Source: a virus. From it: a DNA stretch of 64,000 nt. This document shows, in pieces, positions 36,652-45,762 of the stretch (its first letter is position 1; each line of letters opens with the position of its first letter). The notes beneath the pieces are model-generated. The model did no database searches, had not been told where the DNA came from, and worked only from the letters and a program-made list of their open reading frames with translations. Location: positions 9,278 to 73,277 of IMG/VR virus record IMGVR_UViG_3300017593_000751; one strand, written 5' to 3'. The position numbers and the translations under genes were made by a program.

Positions 36652-37761
36652 ATGTATCTAGCCGTGTTGGTCAGTCCGGAGAACCCTTGCCCACCTACCG
36701 CCTACGGAGGGGCGGAGCGGCGGGCGGCCATTATCGTGGAACGGCTTTTAGAGCAAGGCCATGCTGTGGATTTGTACTGCGGGCCGAACAGCCGACAACA
36801 CGCCACGCGGCGGTTCTTGGCGTCGTCGCCTTCTATGAGCAAACAAGAGGAATATCTACGGGAATTGTTTAGATTAAGCTGTCTAAACTTCCGCTACGAT
36901 TGCTGCATTGACTTAACGCCTCATCATATAGTTAGCTCCCTCGGCTGCCCCCCTTACCTTTCCTCGGCTGACTTGGAAAAGCCTTATCCCGTTGTCAGCA
37001 TCATGGGCGGGGACCCGCTGAAGAAGTATCCGCACGATGAGGTTCGTAACCGCGTCTATGTCAGTAGAGAGTTCGCCGAGTTCTGCGGCTGTCCGGACCA
37101 TCCGGTGCTTCATAACGTGGTTCACCCCGCTCCCGAGGCTATTCCCCTGGGCAAGGGCGGGGGCGGATATGCCCTATATGTGGGCGTGGTTCGCCCGGAG
37201 AAGGGCGTGTTAGAAGCTGAACGGGCTTGCGCTTCCGTAGGGATTCCGCTGAAGGTGGCGGGGCCGATTAGGGACTTTGATTACTGGGACCGCTTCCGCG
37301 ACCGCGTGGAATATCTAGGGATATTGCCGAACAACGATGAAGTCCGCAGCGAGGTGTTCGGCAAGGCGGACGTGTTCGTATATGCTCCGTTGTGGTGCGA
37401 TGCTGGCCCCTTGGCCCCGATGGAAGCCATGCTTTACGGGACGCCCGTGGCCGGCTTCGCTGTGGGCGGATTGGCCAGTGATGTGGAGGACGGCGTGGGG
37501 GGCTGGCTGGTGAGGGAAGGAATCTTCGCCGAGGCGAAGCTGATGGAAGGCCCTCCAAACGCCAACGTCCGTACCAAAGAGGCCACGCGGCTTGAAATGT
37601 CGGCTGAGACAATACAGAGGCTGGCCGACGCAATAGAAAAGGCTTTGTTGGTAGAAAGGAAAGGAGTAAGGGAGAGCATCTTGCCGAAGGTTGACCCGGA
37701 GCGGCATGTTGCCCAATTGATGCGGTTGGTGACCCGGGCCGCTAAAGGGGAGGAGTGGTAA
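36652..37761 (+). CDS. GT4-family glycosyltransferase
   Basis: PPTAYGGAER, EKG, ADVFV, EAMLYGTPV. Confidence 0.9.
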   Translation: MYLAVLVSPENPCPPTAYGGAERRAAIIVERLLEQGHAVDLYCGPNSRQHATRRFLASSPSMSKQEEYLRELFRLSCLNFRYDCCIDLTPHHIVSSLGCPPYLSSADLEKPYPVVSIMGGDPLKKYPHDEVRNRVYVSREFAEFCGCPDHPVLHNVVHPAPEAIPLGKGGGGYALYVGVVRPEKGVLEAERACASVGIPLKVAGPIRDFDYWDRFRDRVEYLGILPNNDEVRSEVFGKADVFVYAPLWCDAGPLAPMEAMLYGTPVAGFAVGGLASDVEDGVGGWLVREGIFAEAKLMEGPPNANVRTKEATRLEMSAETIQRLADAIEKALLVERKGVRESILPKVDPERHVAQLMRLVTRAAKGEEW

Positions 37762-37764
37762 TAC

Positions 37765-38607
37765 ATGGCAAAGACGATTTGGTTTACTGGGTTGCCCTGT
37801 TCAGGCAAAACGACCATTGCCAAGGCCCTTCAGAGACTAGTCGGCGGGTGTCTATTAGATGGGGATGAAGTAAGGCTCAGCCCTTTGAGCTTCGACGCCG
37901 ACTTCTCGCCAGAAGGACGACGAAAACACCTAAGGCGAGTGGCCTATGTGGCCAAGCTATTGAACGACCACGGAGTCAACGTATTTGCTGCCTTTGTTTC
38001 ACCTTCGGAATCCGTCCGCCAAGAGGTCCGAGATATTATTGGGGCTTCGCGGTTCCGGCTTGTGTATGTAAACACTCCAGCGGAGATTTGTGAACAGCGC
38101 GATACACGAGGGCTGTGGGCCAAGGCCCGGCGGGGTGAAATCAAAAACTTTACCGGCGTTGATGCCCCCTACGAAGCCCCGACCAAAAATATGAGGGAAG
38201 AAAACACGGAGAGATGTTCGGCGGAGGAAATAGCCAATAGGCTATATCACGTTTATTTTTATCCTTACCATCATCCCGCTTCTTTGTTCATAGGCCGCTT
38301 CCAGCCCTTCCATGAAGGGCACGAAAAGCTTATCCGGTCAGTGTTGGACGAAGGGCGGGACGTGGTGGTGGCCGTTCGTGATACAAGATTGGACGAAGAC
38401 AACCCCTATACCGCGCAGGAACGCGTGGAAATGGTCAAAGAACGATTCGCCGCTGAGATATATCAGGAAAGGCTTCGCGTTATCGTCATGCCCGACATTG
38501 ACGAAGTTTGTTACGGCAGGCGCGTGGGCTGGCGGGTAAGGGAGATTCGTCTGGACCCGGAGACAGAGGCCATTAGTGCCACAAAAATAAGGGAGAGACA
38601 GAAATGA
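37765..38607 (+). CDS. cysC: Adenylyl-sulfate kinase fused to a HxGH nucleotidyltransferase domain
   Basis: WFTGLPCSGKTT, LDGDEVR, RDTRGLW, FTGVDAPYE; C-terminal GRFQPFHEGH and ISATKIR. Confidence 0.92.
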   Translation: MAKTIWFTGLPCSGKTTIAKALQRLVGGCLLDGDEVRLSPLSFDADFSPEGRRKHLRRVAYVAKLLNDHGVNVFAAFVSPSESVRQEVRDIIGASRFRLVYVNTPAEICEQRDTRGLWAKARRGEIKNFTGVDAPYEAPTKNMREENTERCSAEEIANRLYHVYFYPYHHPASLFIGRFQPFHEGHEKLIRSVLDEGRDVVVAVRDTRLDEDNPYTAQERVEMVKERFAAEIYQERLRVIVMPDIDEVCYGRRVGWRVREIRLDPETEAISATKIRERQK

Positions 38608-39368
38608 CTAGATATGCCTATTACGTTTATCTGCCCGACCCGCGCCAACGATACGCCTTTGACGATGTAGGGACCAAAGCTCTCCGAAGTCTGTCTTTAC
38701 ACTGCCCCGGTACGGAAGTAGTTCTTCTTTGTTGGGAACCTCCTCCTTCGGCTTTGTTGGCTGCCTCAAAAGCTGGCAGAGCCACAACGATAATTTGGGG
38801 GTGGGACCGTAAACTGTTGATGGCGGAGAAAATAACGCGGCTGGCAGAGTTCCCTTGGAAAAAAGGCGATGAGGTTTTCGTGATAGATTTGGACGTGTTA
38901 GTGCAAGACAACCTGTTCGCGGCCTTCCATCAATATCCGGATGCTGACGTGTTCGTAACGACGCGGTTTTACGAATACGAGCATCCCATCAATGCAGGAG
39001 TGTGGGGGTTCCGTTTCAATGACCGGACGAACGCCTTTTTAAAACATTACGCCGACCAAGCGTTTGACCCGACTTGGCCTCCTTTCCGGTCTTATCAAGA
39101 AAAGTTCGGACATCTGGAGGACCGGGGTTGGTGGTGTGACCAAGACTATTTGTGTGCTCTTTGGCGTGAGGTCAAAGCGAATCGGCCTACGCCCGGCGAC
39201 GTTCGCATAGTGGATTTAGGGCCGAAATATAATTGGTGTCCTAGTCAACAAGACTTGGGGGGAACGAAAAAGGACATAGAAGATATCCTGAGTAAGGTAG
39301 GAAACAAAGAGTATAAAGCCCTCCATTTCAAGGGGGTAATCAAATGGATAATGCCAGACCCAAAGTAA
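38604..39368 (+). CDS. GT-A glycosyltransferase (GT34/GT77/GT8-like)
   Basis: IDLD, INAGV, DQDYL, YNW, LHFKG. Confidence 0.8.
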   Translation: MTRYAYYVYLPDPRQRYAFDDVGTKALRSLSLHCPGTEVVLLCWEPPPSALLAASKAGRATTIIWGWDRKLLMAEKITRLAEFPWKKGDEVFVIDLDVLVQDNLFAAFHQYPDADVFVTTRFYEYEHPINAGVWGFRFNDRTNAFLKHYADQAFDPTWPPFRSYQEKFGHLEDRGWWCDQDYLCALWREVKANRPTPGDVRIVDLGPKYNWCPSQQDLGGTKKDIEDILSKVGNKEYKALHFKGVIKWIMPDPK

Positions 39369-40105
39369 TTGATATTGAAAAACACTCTCAGGTAGTCAAG
39401 GTCGTGGTTCTGGCCCAGTTCGGCGAGAGGGCGGGCGTTTTAGAACCAACCCTGTCAGACGCGAGGCTGGCCTTCCCCAGGGCCAAGGTTGTGTTATTCT
39501 CGGACCGTAAAGCTCCTGTCCCTCCCGGCGTTGACGAATACCGATATGTGCCTCCCATAAAGGAGCTAGGAGGAAAGGACCATCCCCGTTATGGCTATCG
39601 AATGAATGACTATTACAAAATAAAAGGGCTGTTGACCACAGACGACGGCTCCCGTCCTGGAGTGGCGGTGGCTTTGGATGCAGACATGGAAATAGCCTTT
39701 TTCTCGGCTTTCCGTACGATAGGCTTTTTAGCTCATCGTTTTGGTTTGGTCCTGCCTTCCAACCCCCGTGGCACCGCCGTCCGAGACACTTTGACAGGGG
39801 CGGATTCAGACAAAAAGGTGGACAATCCGTACTATTACGGGCCGGCGGTCAACATGACGCCCATCGCATTTGATTGGGGCAACGAGCGGGCGGAGCAATT
39901 GCTGAACACCTATTTGGACGAAATGCTCAGCCGTCCGGTTCGCGGTCCTCTAGCCATGTGGCGGGCTATTTGCAAGACCGGCTTTATGCCTTGCCTGTTG
40001 CCTCCGCAATGGTGCGTGTGTGCGGAGAACGTCGGCATAGGCGGAGAGATTTGTTTGCATGTAGGACACGGGAAAGTAAGGGCATATTATAGCGGGGAGA
40101 AGTGA
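39344..40105 (+). CDS. GT-A glycosyltransferase-like protein
   Basis: YKIKGL, LDADM (DxD), LPPQW, LHVGH. Confidence 0.65.
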   Translation: MDNARPKVIDIEKHSQVVKVVVLAQFGERAGVLEPTLSDARLAFPRAKVVLFSDRKAPVPPGVDEYRYVPPIKELGGKDHPRYGYRMNDYYKIKGLLTTDDGSRPGVAVALDADMEIAFFSAFRTIGFLAHRFGLVLPSNPRGTAVRDTLTGADSDKKVDNPYYYGPAVNMTPIAFDWGNERAEQLLNTYLDEMLSRPVRGPLAMWRAICKTGFMPCLLPPQWCVCAENVGIGGEICLHVGHGKVRAYYSGEK

Positions 40106-40821
40106 TGAAAGTCATAGTTGCCGCGTCAATTGGTAAGTGCGCTTCCACCGCCGGATTCAATCTATTGCGGCGGATGTTGATGCGCGTGGGCTCGGTCCTG
40201 TCCGGCCCTTGGAGACATTCGGACACGCCTTCGCCCCGAACGTTCCGCTCTTGGCTGGCGGGGAACAAGCGGGTTTTTCGGTTTGACCCCCGTTGCGATT
40301 TCAACTTGGTCAAGGTGCACCAATACGATGTAGAGCTGGCCGAAGCCGCCTCTTTTGTCCTTCTTCAAACGCGGACCTTGTATGACGTCATGGCCTCCGA
40401 GAAGCGGGAGAACGGCCCGGGGTATTGGCAAGACCTTGACGAGTTCCGCGAACATGTGGAATGGAAGATAGACATTTATAAACAGTGGAGACCTCAAGCT
40501 AATGTCGTAATTCCCTATTGGTTATGGCGAAGAGGGCCGACTTTTTGTGCCAAAGGTTTGGCCGGGGCCTTGGCCAGAACTCTGGATTTGCCTTTTGAGG
40601 CCTTAGATTGGAGAGGAGCGCTGCGATTTGTGGAAGACCTCCACGCTGGCCGGGCCAACGAAAAAGGCTCGTTGTGGTCGCCAAGGATGAACCGCGTCGG
40701 CGGAGTAGAGGGTACCGGACAAAAGGAACTCACCGATGCGGAGAAACAAGTGATAGAAACCGTGGCCAACGAATACGAAAGGACAGCCCGTGAAGATATT
40801 GATGGTCTTGGCACACCCTGA
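40102..40821 (+). CDS. Sulfotransferase-like protein
   Basis: SIGKCAST (5'-PSB-like loop), VKVH, RTLYDVMAS (3'-PB-like), NRVGG near C-terminus. Confidence 0.6.
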   Translation: MMKVIVAASIGKCASTAGFNLLRRMLMRVGSVLSGPWRHSDTPSPRTFRSWLAGNKRVFRFDPRCDFNLVKVHQYDVELAEAASFVLLQTRTLYDVMASEKRENGPGYWQDLDEFREHVEWKIDIYKQWRPQANVVIPYWLWRRGPTFCAKGLAGALARTLDLPFEALDWRGALRFVEDLHAGRANEKGSLWSPRMNRVGGVEGTGQKELTDAEKQVIETVANEYERTAREDIDGLGTP

Positions 40822-41407
40822 CGATGAAGTCATCTTCGGTTGGCCCATCCTCCAGGGGACACGGAAAGGCTGGCCTTATTCGGTTCATCAAACCAGCCTG
40901 CTTGTTTGTAGCAGCGACCGTCATAACCCGGACCGTCAATGGTGCGCCCGGAGAACGGAAGGGCTGTTGGCTCTAAGCGAGTGGTTGGGTATTGAAGTCT
41001 CTTTCCTGGACTACAATAGTGAGTTCTACCGATTGGAGAGTCGAAAGGGGAGCCTGGCCAGGTTCCGGGAAGAAGTTGAGGAAAGGATAAGAGAAAACAA
41101 CCCCGACATTTGTTTCACTCACAACCCTTTCGGCGAGTACGGCCATATGGACCATATTCTCGTTCATAACGTCGTGGCTGGTTATTTTCACCGGCCTGTA
41201 TGGTACACTGATATTGTTCAAGCCTCCAATTGGAGTCGGAAGGTCCCCCGAAGCCAAGCCGCCCGCGACCGATGGTTCGGACGTAAAGTATTTGAAGCGG
41301 AGCTTAACGAAGAATGGGCAGCCAAAGCCCAGGAGTTCTATTTGAAGATAGGTTGCTGGACGTGGGACCGGCCTATTGTACGAAGGGCTTCTGTCTGTGA
41401 GGTATGA
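40790..41407 (+). CDS. PIG-L/LmbE family N-deacetylase
   Basis: AHPDDE and THNPFGEYGHMDH. Confidence 0.9.
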   Translation: MKILMVLAHPDDEVIFGWPILQGTRKGWPYSVHQTSLLVCSSDRHNPDRQWCARRTEGLLALSEWLGIEVSFLDYNSEFYRLESRKGSLARFREEVEERIRENNPDICFTHNPFGEYGHMDHILVHNVVAGYFHRPVWYTDIVQASNWSRKVPRSQAARDRWFGRKVFEAELNEEWAAKAQEFYLKIGCWTWDRPIVRRASVCEV

Positions 41408-41410
41408 CCA

Positions 41411-41857
41411 ATGAAAGAAGAATTTAGTGATGTAGCGATGAGAGACAGATGGAGGCGAATTGCCCGGCGGCTGCGGGGCTCCTCCGTCTTGGATATAGGC
41501 TGTTCCTACGGTGACGGTGCGGATTTCGTACCCGAAGGGATGAGCTACGAGGGCATAGACATAGACAAGAGTGGCGGGCGTCTGCCCAAAGAGGTTTGGC
41601 CCCGCCGCGCTGCTCCGAATCGGACCTTTCGCGTCGCCGACTTCCGACAATACGTTCTAGGTCGGCACTGGGACACTATCGTGGTCTTGGAGGTCTTGGA
41701 ACACTACGAGGACGGCAGAGGGTGGGCGCAGCGGCTCAAAGCCTTCTGTAATAGATTGATAATTTCAGTTCCAGAAAACAGGCGCGGGGCCGGGGAGGAA
41801 CGCAACGGCCATGTGCTGCAAGGACTGACGATTGAGGACTTCCCCGGGTTTCATTGA
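41411..41857 (+). CDS. Class I SAM methyltransferase, probably truncated by in-frame TGA (natural end 41917)
   Basis: VLDIGCSYG, GID, EVLEH, ISVP. Confidence 0.8.
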   Translation: MKEEFSDVAMRDRWRRIARRLRGSSVLDIGCSYGDGADFVPEGMSYEGIDIDKSGGRLPKEVWPRRAAPNRTFRVADFRQYVLGRHWDTIVVLEVLEHYEDGRGWAQRLKAFCNRLIISVPENRRGAGEERNGHVLQGLTIEDFPGFH

Positions 41858-41913
41858 TTTGACGGTAACGGGTATTCCATGTTTTTGGTTTGGGACAAGG
41901 ACGAGGAAAAAGA

Positions 41914-42402
41914 ATGAAATCATCAAAACCGCTCCTATGGTGTGATTTAGATGGTACACTGAACGACTACGACGAAATAGTCTTCAAATATGCTAAAGGT
42001 CAAGCCATTTCGTCTGACTTTCATTTAGCTCATGTAATGAAAGCCCTGCCCCGCGACGGGGCGAGAGAGGCCCTTGAGGCTTTCCACGACCAAGGGTGGC
42101 ACATAAATATCTTTACTTCCCGTGGGTTCCCCGACGCCGAAAAGCTTACTGCGGATTGGCTCAACCTGCATGGGTTCGTCTTTGACGAAATCCAATGCGT
42201 AGGTTCAATGAGGGCCAAGCCCTGCGCCTTGGAAGAAGGCTCCCCCGATTTGTTTATCGACGATTTCATGACGGGGCAAGAATACCGGACCCCGACCTTT
42301 CTGGTTGATGTGTATCTTGCATGCTTGAACACGGGGGTAGAAGTGGTGGTGTTCCGCAACAATTGGCACGATATAGTTAGAAGGATTCTGAGTGTTTCGT
42401 AG
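41914..42402 (+). CDS. HAD-superfamily phosphatase (5'-nucleotidase-like)
   Basis: DLDGTL, TSR, K, FIDD. Confidence 0.85.
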   Translation: MKSSKPLLWCDLDGTLNDYDEIVFKYAKGQAISSDFHLAHVMKALPRDGAREALEAFHDQGWHINIFTSRGFPDAEKLTADWLNLHGFVFDEIQCVGSMRAKPCALEEGSPDLFIDDFMTGQEYRTPTFLVDVYLACLNTGVEVVVFRNNWHDIVRRILSVS

Positions 42403-42412
42403 GGAGAAAGAC

Positions 42413-42988
42413 ATGAGCTTTCGTTACAGCCCGGACTGGTACGAAAATGTATATCATGCGGCCAAAAAAGAAGACCCCAGCTATAAACCGCCCGAGATAG
42501 GCGACCATCCCGACAGAGACCTAGCTTGTCTGACCGCCGCCAGGCTCCGACCCGAGCACGAAGTCCTCATTCTTGGTTGTGGCGGGGGAAACAATCTAGT
42601 CCAGCTGGCCAAGATTTATCCCGAGGTCAAAAAGATAACGGCCATTGATTTCGCCCCCTCCGCTGTAAGATATTGTAAGTTTCACTTCCCTTACATCCGG
42701 GCGGAGGTGGCCGATTGTTCCGACCTGCCTTTTGACGACGATTCGTTTGACCGTGTTCTTTGTATGGACCTGACAGAGCATTTGCCGTTTGACCTGTACT
42801 TATTTACCTTGTTCGAGTCCCGTCGGGTTCTTCGTCAAGGAGGCAAACTCATTCTACTCCCGGGGATGACACGAAGACCGGAGCACATCAACCTTCTTCC
42901 GCTCAAGGTCATTGAGTTTCATTTGGTCAAGATGAGGTTTCGCATTGAACAAAACAACGGTATATGGATTATCGCTGTCAAGCCGTGA
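42413..42988 (+). CDS. Class I SAM methyltransferase
   Basis: LILGCGGG, IDFA, LPFDDDSFD, RVLRQGG. Confidence 0.9.
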   Translation: MSFRYSPDWYENVYHAAKKEDPSYKPPEIGDHPDRDLACLTAARLRPEHEVLILGCGGGNNLVQLAKIYPEVKKITAIDFAPSAVRYCKFHFPYIRAEVADCSDLPFDDDSFDRVLCMDLTEHLPFDLYLFTLFESRRVLRQGGKLILLPGMTRRPEHINLLPLKVIEFHLVKMRFRIEQNNGIWIIAVKP

Positions 42989-43194
42989 AGATTTTCAACT
43001 GCCAAATAAAACGCCCGCGAGGCCATTGCCGAGCTTGCCGCCGAAATGTAGCTCTCACCCTTCGCGGTCTTGTCTGGCGACACGGATATAATAAATCAGG
43101 CAGGCCGCCGTGTCCCGGCTCCGGCACGCCCGCCTTGTCTATCAAGCCCAGGTGGAGGCCCCTATGGACAGGCGACGACTCCGAAGCATCTTGA
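42985..43194 (+). CDS. Small zinc-finger protein
   Basis: GHCRAC...HG...CPGSG. Confidence 0.6.
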   Translation: MKIFNCQIKRPRGHCRACRRNVALTLRGLVWRHGYNKSGRPPCPGSGTPALSIKPRWRPLWTGDDSEAS

Positions 43195-44093
43195 CTGGCC
43201 TGAAGATAGAACATCGGGACTCCCGACGAGCTATAAACATCTGCTGTCCTTTCTGTCGCGGACGAACCCGGGGATTGCCCGATGACCGCTTCCGCTTGGG
43301 CATTTTTCCGGAATCCCTCCGCTATTATTGCTTCCGCTGTCATCGCGTGGGTGGGTTGTTTGAAGTCTTGGAAGCCATAGCCGGTGTAACTGAAGCGGAG
43401 TTTCGGCGGCTGGTTGGAGGCCGGGCAAGAGAAGAGGGCGGAAGCTTGGCAGCCCGCATCCGCGCCAAGCTGTTCGGCGAAGAGGCGGAGGACCAAGAGG
43501 CCCCGCCGGTGTCCATGCCGGAAGGGCTGTCTGTATCTGAGGCCGCAAAGCAATACCCGGAGGTTCGCCGTTTCTTGCGGATTCGCCGGCTGTCAATAGA
43601 CACATGCGAAGCCTACGGAGCTATTTATACGGGCCGACTCGGCCCGAACGCTTATAGACTGGCCTGGCCGGTCCGCCGGGATGACGGCACCTTGGCCGCT
43701 TGGCAGGGCCGTGACGTAACGGGCAAGCTGAAGGCCAAGTATCATACCGAAGGACAAGTTAGCTCTATTTTGTATTGGGCCAAGGAATATGACCCCGCCG
43801 AGCCTTTATACATCGTGGAGGGCGTGTTTGATTGTTGGCGGATGGGGTGGAATGCGGCGGCCAGTTTTACCAATCGTCTTAGCACGGCCCAGACAAGGCG
43901 GCTGTTGTCTCTCCAGCCTGCCCCAGCAGCCGTCATAATAGCTTGGGATTGGGATAGTTGGCATAAGGCCAAGGAGGCGGCCAGACAATTGGCCCCGTTG
44001 GTCCGGGCTGGCGCGGTTCGCTTGCCGGAAGGCGAGGACCCGGACAGTCTGGGGGCGGAGGCTGTGCGGAATCTGGAGGTGTGGTGGGCGTGA
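43164..44093 (+). CDS. dnaG: DnaG-type DNA primase (Zn finger plus Toprim)
   Basis: CPFC, CFRC, WQGR, KY, VEGVFD, DWD, DPD. Confidence 0.9.
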   Translation: MDRRRLRSILTGLKIEHRDSRRAINICCPFCRGRTRGLPDDRFRLGIFPESLRYYCFRCHRVGGLFEVLEAIAGVTEAEFRRLVGGRAREEGGSLAARIRAKLFGEEAEDQEAPPVSMPEGLSVSEAAKQYPEVRRFLRIRRLSIDTCEAYGAIYTGRLGPNAYRLAWPVRRDDGTLAAWQGRDVTGKLKAKYHTEGQVSSILYWAKEYDPAEPLYIVEGVFDCWRMGWNAAASFTNRLSTAQTRRLLSLQPAPAAVIIAWDWDSWHKAKEAARQLAPLVRAGAVRLPEGEDPDSLGAEAVRNLEVWWA

Positions 44094-44314
44094 TTCGCCA
44101 GCCTAAAATAGGACAAAGGGTTCGCCTGTACTACGCCAAACGTTATGCTTGGCTTATGCCTTATCACGGCTGCGAAGGCAAGATAGTGGCCGTGGCTAGA
44201 GGCCCGGGACCTATCGACGCTGCCGTGAAGGTTCAAGGGAAATGCGTAATCGTTCCGCGAGGCAATTTGATACTGTTGGATAAAAGACGGGAGAGAAGGG
44301 CCAAGTTGTTTTGA
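44081..44314 (+). CDS. Small SH3-like hypothetical protein
   Basis: IGQRVRL...VPRGNL. Confidence 0.55.
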   Translation: MVGVIRQPKIGQRVRLYYAKRYAWLMPYHGCEGKIVAVARGPGPIDAAVKVQGKCVIVPRGNLILLDKRRERRAKLF

Positions 44315-45762
44315 AAGAACTCCGCCAACTCAACCAACATCTTCAAGACAGCTTTTTACGGCTGGCCATTACGGACACCGACTTCCTGGCCCTCGTGGCG
44401 GGCCGCGTGGACCCCGCGCTGTTCGGCTCGGAGGTCACGGAAGAGGTCTGCCGTATCTGCTATGACTTCTTCGCCCAGTTCGGCGAGGCCCCCAAGGACC
44501 ACTTCCACGATGAGCTAGTCCGCCGATTGGCCCGCATGCCGGAGGAAAAGCGGGAACTGTACGTCCGCTATGCCTCCAAACTGGCGGGCATGCGGCAACC
44601 TAGCCGTAGTTATGTTTTGAGGCGTATCAGCGATTGGGTAGGCTACCGCGAGAGGGAGTATGCCCTGGAGCGGGCGGCGGAGGCACTAGAACGCGGGGAC
44701 GTGGCCGAGCACGACCTGATAATCCGCCGGGCCTTGGAAGCGGGGCTGCCGGAAGAAGATGTCGGCCTGGACTACCTGAAAGACCACTCGGGCATTTGGT
44801 TCCGGGAGCGCGAAGAGCCGATGATGCCCACGGGCATCGGGGCTTTGGATAAGCTTATTCATGGTTACTGGAGGGGCCAGCTTGTTGTATGTTTAGCAGG
44901 TTACAAGGCCGGCAAGACCTGGTGGATGATTCATACCTGTCTAACGGCCTTGAAAAAAGGACTGAACGTGGTCCACATCAGCCATGAGGTGGACCAAGAG
45001 GAGATGGAGATAAGGCTTGACATGGCCTTGACCGCCAGGACAACGGACGAAGATTTGGAGGGGCGAGAATACACCTTCGAGGTCTTGAACGAAGAGACTG
45101 GGCGAACCGAGCTGAAGAAACGAAAGTATCGCTGGCTATGGAAAGACCCCAACCGCATCAGTCAAGCAAGAAAGGCTTTGTCCAAACGGGGAGGTCGTTT
45201 GTTCGTGAAGAAATACCCGATGGGCCAGTGCACCCCTGCGGACGTGGAAGCCTATTTGAGCTACTTGGAGGCTTCTCAGGGTTTCGTCCCCGACCTTATC
45301 TCCATAGACTATATTGACATCATGGACTTGTCCAAGCTGGACAAACGAGAACTGAGACACCAGCTCAATCAGGGCTATATCTGGGCGAAGGGCTTGGCCG
45401 ACCAGAAACAGGCCGTGGTGATTACGGTCAGTCAGGTTCGCAGGGAGGCCGTACAGAAGCGATGGGTCTCCATGAAGGACGTAGCGGAGGACGCCCGCAA
45501 GGCCGGCAACTGCGATATCATGCTCGCCATTGGCAAAGGACCGGAAGAAATAAAGAGAGGCCTGGCCGGCGTCATGGTCCTGGCCAATCGAAGCGGCAGA
45601 CAGGATTGTGGCTGTATGGTGAGCCAGAACTACAACGTGGGGCGGTTCTGCCTGGCCAGTTGGATAGGTGAGCACGAGCGCGAGAACGACCAACAAGTAT
45701 GTGATGAAGTGACGAAGAAAGCGGGCCGGAAGAAAAGGACCAAAGATGGGGCTGCCCGATGA
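44311..45762 (+). CDS. dnaB: DnaB-like replicative helicase
   Basis: PTGI..LD, AGYKAGKT, SHE, IDYID, SQ, NR. Confidence 0.9.
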   Translation: MKELRQLNQHLQDSFLRLAITDTDFLALVAGRVDPALFGSEVTEEVCRICYDFFAQFGEAPKDHFHDELVRRLARMPEEKRELYVRYASKLAGMRQPSRSYVLRRISDWVGYREREYALERAAEALERGDVAEHDLIIRRALEAGLPEEDVGLDYLKDHSGIWFREREEPMMPTGIGALDKLIHGYWRGQLVVCLAGYKAGKTWWMIHTCLTALKKGLNVVHISHEVDQEEMEIRLDMALTARTTDEDLEGREYTFEVLNEETGRTELKKRKYRWLWKDPNRISQARKALSKRGGRLFVKKYPMGQCTPADVEAYLSYLEASQGFVPDLISIDYIDIMDLSKLDKRELRHQLNQGYIWAKGLADQKQAVVITVSQVRREAVQKRWVSMKDVAEDARKAGNCDIMLAIGKGPEEIKRGLAGVMVLANRSGRQDCGCMVSQNYNVGRFCLASWIGEHERENDQQVCDEVTKKAGRKKRTKDGAAR

